Origin: Hypanus sabinus
Lineage: Eukaryota
Direction of reading: 5' to 3'
NCBI RefSeq assembly: GCF_030144855.1
Contig: NW_026781697.1
Span: 1-64,000, forward strand
Length of the DNA: 64,000 nucleotides
Below are positions 35,428-46,400 of the stretch, one piece after another; the stretch's first letter is position 1; each line of letters starts with the position of its first letter. Below the pieces are notes generated by a model that saw nothing but the letters and a program-made list of their open reading frames with translations, was not told the DNA's origin and searched no databases. The position numbers and the translations under genes are program-made.

Positions 35428-37581
35428 TGTCATAAGATGGCATTGGGAATGGACACATACACATACAGGACACATACACTGAAGTGCTAGGAACAGGAGC
35501 GGACAAAACTAATGGACCGGACAGGTCGCAGACTAGGCTATGGAAGCAGGAAGCGGACGAGGGACTGGGAACAATGAGCCTGGGGTGGACTCAGAGCACG
35601 AGACTGGTCACGGATCCAGAACCTGGGACTTGACTCGTGCTCGGACATCGATCATCAAGAGGCCTGGGCTCTAGGAGCTCGAGGCTTCAGGCTTGTGTTC
35701 TTGAAACTCCAGTTTTGAGTTTTGGGTTCTTGGAGCTCGAGGTTTGAGGCTTGGGTTCTTGGAGCTCGAGGCTTGCGCCTTGGGTTCTTGGAGCTCGAGG
35801 CTTGAGGCTTGGGAGTTGGAGGCTTGCGCCTTGGGTTCTTGGAGATGGAGGCTTGCGCCTTGGGTTCTTGGAGCTCGAGGCGTGAGGCTTGGGTTCTTGG
35901 AGATGGAGGCTTGCGGCTTGGGTTCTTGGAGATGGAGGCTTGCGCCTTGGGTTCTTGGAGCTCGAGGCTTGAGTCTTGGGTTCTTGGAGCTCGAGGCTTG
36001 AGTCTTGGGTTCTTGGAGATGGAGGCTTGCGCCTTCGGTTCTTGGAGCTCGAGGCTTGAGGCTTGGGTTCTTGGAGCTCGAGGCTTGAGACTTTGGTTCT
36101 TGGAGCTCGAGGCTTGCGCCTTGGGTTCTTGGAGATGGAGGCTTGCGCCTTGGTTTCTTGGAGCTCGAGGCTTGCGCCTTGTGTTCTTGGAGATGGAGGC
36201 TTGCGCCTTGGGTTCTTGGTGATGGAGGCTTGCGCCTTGGGTTCTTGGAGCTCGAGGCTTGCGCCTTGGGTTCTTAGAGATGGAGGCTTGCGCCTTGGGT
36301 TCTTGGAGATGGAGGCTTGGGTTCTTGGAGATGGCTTGAGGCTTGGGTTCTTGGAGCTCGAGGCTTGAGGCTTGGGTTCTTGGAGATAGAGGCTTGAGGC
36401 TTGGGTTCTTGGAGATGGAGGCTTGCGCCTTGGGTTCTTGGAGCTCGAGGCTTGAGTCTTGGGTTCTTAGAGATGGAGGCCTGCGCCTTGGGTTCTTGGA
36501 GATGGAGGCTTGCGCCTTGGGTTCTTGGAGCTCGAGGCTTGAGGCTTGGGTTCTTGGAGATGGAGGCTTGAGGCTTGGGTTCTTGGAGATGGAGGCTTGC
36601 GCCCTGGGTTCTTGGAGCTCGAGGCTTGAGTCTTGGGTTCTTGGAGCTCGAGGCTTGAGTCTTGGGTTCTTGGAGATGGAGGCTTGCGCCTTGGGTTCTT
36701 GGAGCTCGAGGCTTGAGGCTTGGGTTCTTGGAGCTCGAGGCTTGAGACTTTGGTTCTTGAAGCTCGAGGCTTGCGCCTTGGGTTCTTGGAGATGGAGGCT
36801 TGCGCCTTGGGTTCTTGGAGCTCGAGGCTTGCGCCTTGGGTTCTTAGAGATGGAGGCTTGCGCCTTGGTTTCTTGGAGATGGAGGCTTGGGTTCTTGGAG
36901 CTCGAGGCTTGAGGCTTGGGTTCTTGGAGCTCGAGGCGTGCCTTGGGTTCTTGGAGATGGAGGCTTGCGCCTTGGGTTCTTGGAGATGGAGGCTTGGGTT
37001 CTTGGAGCTCGAGGCTTGAGGCTTGGGTTCTTGGAGCTCGAGGCTTGAGGCCTGGGTTCTTGGACACGACTCCTGGGCAGGATGAGGGACTCCTGGACAG
37101 GACGCGATACTGTACCCGACGGAGGCAAGGAACAGTAAGGGACAGAACCAACCGCAGTGTAACGGCAAACGTCCTAGCTTACCCGAAAGAGTCGAGGGAC
37201 AGGAACGGACAGAATCAACCGCAGGACGAGGGCAAACGGCCTGCCTAAACGACGGAGGCGAGGCACAGGAAGGGAGATCTGTCGGGGCTGGTTCCAAGAC
37301 TCGCGCCTGTTGGTAACATCGGCGGGCTACGGAACATCCAAATCCATTACTCACTGAATGTCCTGGCCTTCCACTGGTGGGTTGCTCCAAGTGGAGACTG
37401 ACGAGACGACCCCACAACGACACTCAATCCCAGTTCCACTTATATTCCCAGCTCCCATGATGAGCATCAGGTTCTTATGTTTAAGTCCAACCAAAACCAG
37501 TGTCAGCCGGAGGACCCGGATTCCAGTGTGAACCAGACCAGACCGTGAACCGGAATGCAGGTTTCGGACTGGATAATGACA
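35428..37581. mobile_element. Solo LTR (2154 bp) inserted into a gag copy, with a 5-bp target-site duplication
   Basis: Termini TGTCATAA...TAATGACA. TTTTC lies on both sides (35423-35427 and 37582-37586), and the flanks rejoin as gag coiled-coil sequence. Confidence 0.85.
35659..37063. repeat. Composite minisatellite of about 1.4 kb inside the solo LTR
   Basis: Two 22-nt modules (TTGGGTTCTTGGAGCTCGAGGC and TTGGGTTCTTGGAGATGGAGGC) alternate with 7-nt linkers (TTGCGCC, TTGAGGC, TTGAGTC). Confidence 0.97.
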
Positions 37582-40500
37582 TTTTCTGCTACTGACCGTC
37601 TTAGTTCCAAGTTGCCCTCCAACTGCTTTTGTTGTAACTCAGCTTCTATTCTAAGCTTTTCTAACGCTACCTGTTGCAGGTGTAACTGGATCACTGCTTT
37701 ATTATAGGGAACCTAACTAACACAGCTGCATCAAAACACCCTAATCCAAATAGTGTTCTGCGATTCTCCTCTGCATTACAGGCTTTGTTGTAGCCATCGA
37801 AATACCCTTCATTTCCAACCTGCTAGCAATCTCAGTTTCATCACACTTTTTCGCCTTCGTTAATAACGCTGGTGATGCGAGAAAGTTGTCAACATTCATT
37901 GTTGCCGAATACCACCCACAAAACAATCAAACAAAATAATCGGGTTTTTCCCTTTTCCAAAACAGTCTGCTAAGTAAACAAGCATTTAAGCACAAAAGCG
38001 GTATATATCCCGAGAGCCCCTAATTGTTTCGGGACGGCAACAATGAATATAGAACCGAGACAGATTTTTTTAATAAAAAAAAGAAACATTTATTTAAACT
38101 CAGCTCAACAACAATGGAAAAGTAAACAGACGACTAACATAACCGGAAGTTACCTGCTCTACGGCAACTCTATCAGTTCATGAAGTAATAAATATGAACA
38201 CAGTCTTAAAAAGATAAATGTAACAGTCCTTGTGATTCAGACTGTCGACTTGGTGAGACTTTCCTGAAGTGACGAATTCCTCAACGACGTTTCGTTACTG
38301 CTGGTCGCAGACGAAACCTGCCTTGCCCAAAGGATTTACGACGAAGGAAATTTATACGGCGTAAGGGAAATGACCTTTCTCCTTGGTGAATGATACTGCC
38401 TCAATCTTTTCTGCACTTATAGCAGAGGTTTCCTCGGATGCACGTTCCTATCTCTTTGAACGCGGAATCAATAAGATCAACCCTCTATTACGGCAACAAC
38501 AAGAATTTTACACTATCCTTCGGGGTTTCCGTAATTCGGTAAATTCTTCACTCTCGGACTGGACTACATCTGGTAGTGTTGTGTCTGAAATTCAGGCAAT
38601 AAACCTTTGAAACTTAAGATACAAAGTAAATCTCCATCATGTGACTTCACACTGGCGGGGAATTACATCACGCCACCATCACAAGACCATTACATCATGC
38701 ACAACAGCTACTCATTTACATCATGGTCACAAGACGGTCACAAGGCACCCAAGGGATATGTAACAAGATTAAAGCATTCTCACAAGCTAATTTAGCGGTC
38801 TCCTGCAATGTAGCAGAGTCCCTGTCGTTTAAGTATTTCCTTAGTTCAACTGGGATGTTCCTTTTAAATTTCTCTATGAAAACCACTTTTTCAATCTATT
38901 ATAGTCCTCATTTACAATTTTAGATGAAGCCCATCTTTCGAAACACACAGCTTTATCGGAAGCAAATTTCAGGTAAGTTTTCTTTTATGCACGGATTGAT
39001 TCAAATTTCTGAATCTTACTCTATATGCTTTCGGAAAGAGTTCACAGACTTCAGTATATATGCTGCTTCACAATATCATAATCAAATGCTTGCTCTGCAG
39101 TTAAAGCTGTATAAACTCGTTTTGTCTTGCCTTTTATTACACTCTGGAACAACACTGGCCATTTCTCCTTCTGCCACACTGAAATCAGAGAAACAGTTTC
39201 AAAATGTTGAAAATATATCTCTAATTCTGTTGCACTAAATGGAGGATCCAATTTAATTTCCTGATTAACGACAAAAGTTTTTTTCTAGAGCCAGAGGACT
39301 GATTACCTGTCCTTAATTCTGAAATCGCGTTCAAATTCTCTTTTTTTATTTTCAGTTCAGAACCAATTCCAAATTAGCTTCCAATTGTTTCTGTTTTAAC
39401 TCAGCTTCTGTTCTAAGCTATTCTAACGCTACCTGTTACAGGTCTAACTGGATCTCTGTTTTACTACCAGGAAACCTATTTAAAACAGTTACGTCAAAGC
39501 ACCCTAATCTATATAGTGCTCCGAGATATTCTTCTGAATTTCAGGCTTTGGTATAGCCGTCGAAATACCGTTTATTTGCAAACTGCTGACAATCTGAGAT
39601 ACATCAATCTTTTTCACCTTCGATAATAACTCCGGGGCTGACGATGCAAGAAAGTCCTCAGTATTTATTATTTCCGAATACCATCCACAACCTGTCAAAC
39701 AAAGGAATCCAGTAATTCCCTTTACCAAATCAGACTGATAAGTAAACAAACATTCAGGCACAATATGGAACATATCACGAACGAGCCCGCAATTGTTACG
39801 ATGGGGCAACAATGAATACAGAATAGACGAGGACATCTGCAGATGCTGGAAATTCTAGCAATACACAAAAAATGCTACCTGCCCTGCTGCGTTCTTCCAG
39901 GATGTTTTGTGTAATGTAGAACAGAGAACCATTTATTAAACCTTTTTAAAGAGAAAAAAAAAACGAAAAGTAAACAAACGACCAACTTAACCGGAAGTTA
40001 ACTGCTTTGCAAATCGAACTGTTCTTAAACCGATAAATGCGAATACAGTCTTAAAAAGATAAAGACAAAATTCCAGGTCATTTAGACAGTCAATTAGGAG
40101 AGACATTCTTGAAGTAACGAATTCCTCGACGACCCGGGTTACCGTACTTCGGCAAACCTTCACTCTCTAATAAATAAACTTTAAAATAGAATCGAAGATC
40201 CATCAAGCATGACTGGCAGTGATTTGACAAACTGCCGGTACAATTTACAGTAGAAAGTAAAACTCCTCATGAAAACGAAACTGCGTCCTGAGACGGAAAC
40301 GCAACATAACGGGTGAAATGACGAATTGGACAACGATCTAACCTACACAGGAGCAAGGCTGTCTCCTTTAAAACCTGGTGGAACAGGTTATCATATGACC
40401 TCTCACTGCCGGGAGAATTACTTCATGTAACCTCACACTGGCGGGAAATAACATCACCCCACCATAACAAGACAATTACATCAGCTCACCACATACTCAA

Positions 40501-41521
40501 TTACGTAATGGTCATAAGGTAGTCACCAGATACCCGCGGGGTATGTAACACTTGACTCTGTTTGTCAATTTTCCTTTTAAATTTCTATCCTGCGGAAATT
40601 TAATCTTTTGGATTAAAACATCCTCATCTGCTAATTTAGCAGACTGCTGAAATGTAGCAGTGTACCTCTCATTTAAGTACGTTCTTACTTCAACAGGGAT
40701 ACTCCTTTTAAATTTTTCAATTAGTAGCAACTATATTAGTTTATTATAGTCCCCATTTGCACTTTTAGAGGAATCCCATCTCTCAACGTACATAACTTTA
40801 TCGCAGGCAAATTCCACGTGTTATTTTCCAACGATTTCTTCATATTTATTAATCTTTCTTTATAAACTTCTTGAACCAGTTCATACGCTTTAGTATATGC
40901 TGCTTCACAATATCATAATCAAGCGCTGGCTCAGCAGTTAAAGCTGTAGAAACTTGCTGCGCCTTGCCCTTAATTACACTCTGTAACATTACTAGCCATT
41001 TCTCTTTCGTTCACCGTGAAATCAGAGCACCAGTTTCAAAATTTTGGAAATATTTATCCACTTCTGTTTCCTTAAATGAAGTAGCTGATATAACTTCTCG
41101 ACTAGGAGCCAAAGGACTGATTCTTGGACCTTAAGTTCTCCATCGCGAGCTGCAACACCCTCTTTCTCTCTGCTACTTTAGCTTTAAATTCTCTCTTTTT
41201 ATTTTCATTTTCTAACCGACATCATTGCAAGTCCGCTTTGCTTTGCTCTAACTTTATTTGTTTGATTTGTAACTGCATCTCTAGATTACTTATTGGAAGC
41301 ATATCTAACACCGCTTCATCAAAAACACCCGAACCTACATAGTGTGACGCGACTTTTTTTCTGAAATACTGACTCCGTTGCAGCCTTTGAAATTCCTTTA
41401 AAATCCAGCCTCCCAGCAATCTCGTGTACAGTACGCTTTTTGGCCTTCGTTAATAACTGCGGATCTGACAATGCCAGAAAGCCGTCAATATTCATCGTTG
41501 CCGAATACCACCCACAAACCA

Positions 41522-42020
41522 ACTTTGGCATTGATCTCTCACATCATGAAGACACTGGAGAGACTTGTTCTAGAGCAGCTCCGGCCTATGGTTAGGCTAT
41601 ACCTGGACCCCCACCAGTTCGCCTGCCAGCCCCGACTAGGAGTTGAGGATGCCATCGACTACCTGCTGAATCGTGGGTACGCCCACATGGACAAGCCGGC
41701 GAGCACTGTGAGGGTTATGTTCTTTGCCTTCTCCAGTGCGTTCAATACCATCCGCCCTGCATCGCTGGGTGAGAAGCTGACAGTGATGCAGGTGGATGCT
41801 TCCCTGATGACAGGGATTATTGATTAGCTGACTGACAGGCCACAGTACGTGCGCGTGCAACACTGTGTGTCAGACGGAGTGGTCAGCAGCACTGGGGCTC
41901 CACAGGGTACTTTCCTGGCTCCATTCTGTTCACCATCTACACCTCGTACTTCAACTACTGCACAGAGTCCTGCCATCTTCAGAAGTTATCTGCTGATTCT
42001 GCCATAGTTGGATGCATTAT
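41522..42020 (+). mobile_element. Rex1/Babar-type LINE reverse-transcriptase fragment
   Basis: ALISHIMKTLERLVL...LDPHQFA...GVEDAI...VRVMFF.FSSAFNTI...TGAPQGT...FTIYTS, with frameshifts. Confidence 0.85.
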
Positions 42021-42439
42021 TCCTTCTAGGTGTAGCCTCACAAGCACCTAGAAGGGGCAGAAAATCCTGGAGGTCCAGCCTTTTAACCTCGCTATCGAGC
42101 AGTCCACACTCCCACGTAATAATGCTGGAGACTCTATCCGAGATATCCTTGACGTTGTCGCTGACAGATCCACCTGTCGGCACAACTGACGAATATCTGA
42201 TCGTCATATCGTGACTTTCACTCTGTCGCCCTCCCCACCTCACGCACAGAGACAACGCTCAACGTGCAATTCCCGCAGAGTCACAGTGGCAAACTAAATG
42301 CCGGAGACCCGACCACTGTGACTGAACACTTTTAGGTGATACTCCCGCCCCACCAGACACCGCGACAGTATCAAAAAAGTTGATGCAGACTCTCCTTCAT
42401 GACAGTCACACACTCTCCTATGTCCTTCACCCTGCCCAT

Positions 42440-42800
42440 AACTGCCTGTCTATATGTCTTACATCACCACTTCATTATCTCGAATGATATGGATTTCGTC
42501 CAGTTCCAGTTCTTCGTCAGGGTTACTGGAGTTCTCTATGCCTTCCGACATCCCGCAAGAGCAGCATTCAAATATCCTGACAGGCGCCGCTGATATCCTA
42601 TCGGATCAGATATTAAAAAAAAAGAGAAAAAAAGTCTTATTCTAGGACTTTTCTTTTCTTTCCCTAGTTTGGCTGAAGTCTCCCTGAGCTGTCGCCTCGG
42701 CGAGCAGAATCCTGAAGATCACCTGCTTGACGGTCCATTCAGACGATGGCTACTGAATTTGCCCCTGCCACCGTCTTACAGATCAACGACAAACGCTGCT
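42440..42800 (-). mobile_element. Ancient CR1 5' end and ORF1 N-terminus, head-to-head with GPCR paralog 2
   Basis: Minus strand CCSCGMSEG...ELELDEIHIIRDNE, plus the GAAGATCACCTGCTTGACGGTCCATTCAGA block shared with the other two paralogs. Confidence 0.7.
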
Positions 42801-43464
42801 ACGACGCTGGACAAAGCTTCATTTCACTGTAAGGAATCGCTGTCGCCTTTTTTCCCGCGCTGACTCCGAAATATGCCAAATACTCGATAGGCCGCTGGTC
42901 AAAACTACTTATTCTGAAAATCATAATTTTAGAATTATCTAACTCCATATCATGATCAAACTACCCATTCAAATATAATTTTTAAGAACTGGCTATGCAA
43001 TAATTATTTTATCTGTTTCTATCATCATTATTGTTTGTAGTTTTATTATTTGCTGCGTGCAACTTCCATTGCAGACTACGTATATGTCAGTGTCTAGCTG
43101 TATTGCAATAAGTTTCTCAATTTTGTTTCAATTTACGACACTGCACGCATCCGTCGACAGCCGTCTTGTTGGATTAATAGATACACTTCCAATCTGTTTT
43201 TGTGTTGCTTCACTGATGGTCTGCAAATAAAGGGTTAACTGCACCTGCAATTCTGTAGACGCTAATGAAGGGAGTGCCCGTGGGGATTGTCGACGTCACC
43301 GCGGAGGTGTGCCTGCTGCGTGCCAGGTCTATTAATATGTACAAAATCCCTCACGACGACAGTTTCAGCGAGAGCCGCCAGTCTGAGCTATCAGAGACCA
43401 GCGGTTGCAGACAGAGAGAAGACGAGGTTGGATCGGGAACAGGAAAATCTGGACTATCCCAGCA

Positions 43465-46400
43465 ATGGATCCTAATCTTAGAATTGCATCGCACAATGCT
43501 ACAGGAATTGTGAAGAACATTTTCGCGCATATTCAGTACCTTTTTGAATATTACGAATGGCTGACGTTGGACTCTCGAATCACTGTTGTGCTGATGGCAG
43601 TCAAACTGATTTACTACCCTTTACTTGCCATTGTAGCTCTTCCTGGTAAGTACCTCGTCTCTCCCTCATGACTTACGTTGAAAAATATGCCCGCTTCTCT
43701 AACATACCTCTCCTCTAACGACACGCAAATTGCACGGCAGGTCTTTCCAAATAATATGGCTTCAGCAAACATCTGCTGAATGTATTTGATAAGGTACAAC
43801 ATGCAAGGCGTTTTGTGAAAGTAAGGAGGCATGTGATCCAAGGGGCCTTTGCTTTGTGGATGCAGAAATGGCTTGCCCACAGAAAGCAAAAGGTTGTTCT
43901 GGACGGGAAATTCTGCATTGAGGTCTTTGACCAGTGGTTTGCCTCAGGGATCTGTTCTGGCACCCGTACACTTCGTGAGTTTTATAAATGACCTGGATGA
44001 GAAAGTTTAGCGATGGGTTCGTACAATTGGTAATGAAAACAGTTCGGTTGTGTTGTGGATAGTGTGGAGAAGAATCAGATGCTACAGAAGGACATTAATA
44101 GGACGCGAGACTGCTCTATGAAGAGGCAGGTGAAGTTTTACACAGACAGGTGTGATGAGGTTACTTTTGCTTTCTCAAATGAGATGGCAAAATAGAGTAT
44201 TATGAGAATTAAATAAATAAATGAGTTGCTCCAACGTCTCACCAGTTTAAAAGCATGAGCTTTCGTGGGCATCTACCCTGCGATGATCTGCCGCCGAAAC
44301 AAAGAGTGCAGAGGGATATTAACAAGTTCACCGAATGTACAATCATATGGCAGATGGAGTGCAAAGATGGTAAATGCGAGGTCATCCACTTGGGAAGGGC
44401 AAATAGAAGAACAGAATATTATTTTAAGTGGTAAACGATTGCAGTATGCTTTTGTGCGGAGGGACTTTGGAGTGCTTGTGCTTGAATCTCAAGAGGTTGG
44501 TTTGCAGGCGCAGCAGCCTATCAAGCGACGTTCGCCTTTCTTGCCAGAGGGATTGAATTTCAGAGCAGGGAGGCCATGCTGCACCTGCACAAGGTACTGG
44601 TGAGGCGGCATCCGGAGTCCTGTGTAATTCTGGTCTCCAGACCTGAGGATTGATAAACTGTATGTGTAGGCGTTTCATGAGCTGATTCCAGAGATGAGGT
44701 GGTTCGAATATGAGGGGCAATTGAGTCGCCTGGGATCGTACTCACTGGAACTCAGAAGGATGACTGGAAAGCATCTAGAAAAATATATAATTAAGGAATG
44801 TATAGATTAGATTGTGGTAGGACAGTGGTTTCCACTGGCAGGTGAAAGTAAAACAACCAGACATAGCCTGAGATTTCTGTGCTGTAAATTGAGGATCGTG
44901 ATGAGGAGAAATTTCTTCTTTGATGGGTGCTGAATCTGTGGAACTCTCTGCTCAAAGATACAGTGGAGGCTACCACAATAATACAAAAAATATTTAAGAC
45001 TGGCTGGCAGAGTCTCTGCATGGCAGAAGAATCGAGGCCTGTGAGGAAATGGTGGGTATGCAGCGATTAGAATATGGTCAGTCGTACTTCAGTGGTTCAT
45101 TAGTTGATGGAAAGTTCCTGAGAGGCAGAATTTATGAACACTCAGAAATGAATAATATTGTTAGGAATAGTCAGTATGACTTTGTCAAGGGCAGTTCGTG
45201 CCTGATGAGGCTGACTGAATTTTTTGAGGATTTGACAAAACATATTCATGAAGAGAGACAAGTAGGTGAGGTGCATATGGATTTCGGCAAGGCATTTGCT
45301 AAGGTAATCCATGCAAGGCTCATTGGGAATGTAAGGAGGAATGAGATTTGAGGGGACATTGCTTTGCAGATCCAGAACTGGCTTGACCAGATAAACCAAA
45401 GTCTGCTTGTAGACGGGTCATACTCGGCATTGATCTAGGTGATCAGTGGAGTCCCTCATCGACTTGGTCTGCGGCCGTTACTCTCCGTTAGTAAGAGAAA
45501 ATGACCTGAATGAGTAACTGAAGAGATGGTTTAGTAAATCTGTTGATGACACAACATTGGCAGGTGCAGTAGATTGTGTGTCAGTATTTACAACGAGGCA
45601 TTCATAAGATGCAAAACTGGGCTGAAAATTGCCAGATAGAGTTCAAACCAGATAAGTGTGAAGTGGCTTATTTTGGTAGTTCAAATATGATGATATAATA
45701 TAGTATTAATTGTAAGACTGTTGGCGGTGTTTGAAGATCAGAGGGATCGTGGGGTCCGAGTCCATAGGACGCTCAAAGCTGCTGCGCAGTTTGACTTTGT
45801 GGTTAAGAAGGCATACAGTGTATTGACCTTCATCAATGGTGGAATTCAATTTAGGAGCCAAGAGGAAATATTGCATCTATATGGGACGCTGGTCAGACCC
45901 AATTTGGAGTATTGTGCTCAGTTCTGGTCGCCTCACTACAGGATTGATGTGGAATCCATAGAAAGTATGCAGAGGAGATTTACAAGGATGATGCATGGAT
46001 TAGAGAATATGCCTTATGAAAACAGGTTGAGTGAACTCGGCCCTCTGGCAAGGGAGCGACGGAGGATGAGATGTGACCTGATAAAGGTGTATAAGATCAT
46101 GAGTGGAATTGATCTTGTGGATAGTCAGAGGCTATTTCCAAGGGCTGAAATGGTTGCCAGAAGAGGACACAGGCTTAGGGTGCTTGGGAGTAGGTAACAG
46201 AGGAGAATTCTGTAGGTTTTATTTTATGCAGAGAGCGGTGAGAGCGTGAATGGGCTGCCGGCACCGGTGGTGGAGGCGGATACGATAGGATCTCTGCGGA
46301 GACTTTTGGACAGGTACGTGGATCTTAGCAAAATAGAGGGTGATGGGTATGCCTAGCAATTTCTCAGGCAAGGACATGTTCGGTATAGTTTTGGGGGACG

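Larger units (their letters stand above)
28390..41520 (-). mobile_element. Tandem array of about 8 decayed LTR-PBS-gag units of a Gmr1-like (SCAN-capsid) Gypsy retrotransposon; no pol seen
   Basis: Gag starts (MNIDDFLASPE-like) occur near 28950, 30740, 31535, 32865, 33475, 37895, 39665 and 41490. LTRs with TGTTAC...GTAACA-type ends lie at 29080-29714, 31663-32553, 33618-34875, 38025-38765 and 39794-40550, with partial ones from 30871 and 32991. Each LTR 3' end is followed by a degenerate tRNA-Pro PBS (e.g. TGGGGGCTCTCGGGAT at 29077-29062). Capsid motifs YFQHFE...WP.EKW..L.QSV and ELV.EA/VY.ERF recur. Confidence 0.85.

Noticed and set aside
35655-37423. Long ORFs (498 aa, 318 aa and several on the plus strand) that look like a repetitive structural protein
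   Set aside because: They arise from a minisatellite whose modules (22 and 7 nt) are not multiples of three and lack stops on one strand. They sit inside a TSD-flanked solo LTR and show no splice signals or non-repeat domain.
28390-41520. Domesticated SCAN/gag gene cluster or CRISPR-like repeat-spacer array
   Set aside because: Every gag copy has stops or frameshifts. The repeats are kb-scale LTR-derived units with PBS motifs, not short repeats with unique spacers, and the DNA is vertebrate.
42279-42323. CACAGTG and CACTGTG in an 11-bp inverted repeat, suggesting a D segment or RAG-transposon end
   Set aside because: There is no nonamer at 12 or 23 nt from the CACAGTG, the heptamers face the wrong way for a D segment, and the region looks like decayed LINE sequence.
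43265-43513. Upstream ORFs starting MKGV/MGV conserved before all three GPCR genes (also 24646-24404 and from 59423)
   Set aside because: They are out of frame with the receptor in two paralogs and stopped in the third, their frames diverge after about 25 codons, and the ATG lies upstream of the TATA-like box. Paralogous promoter DNA explains them.
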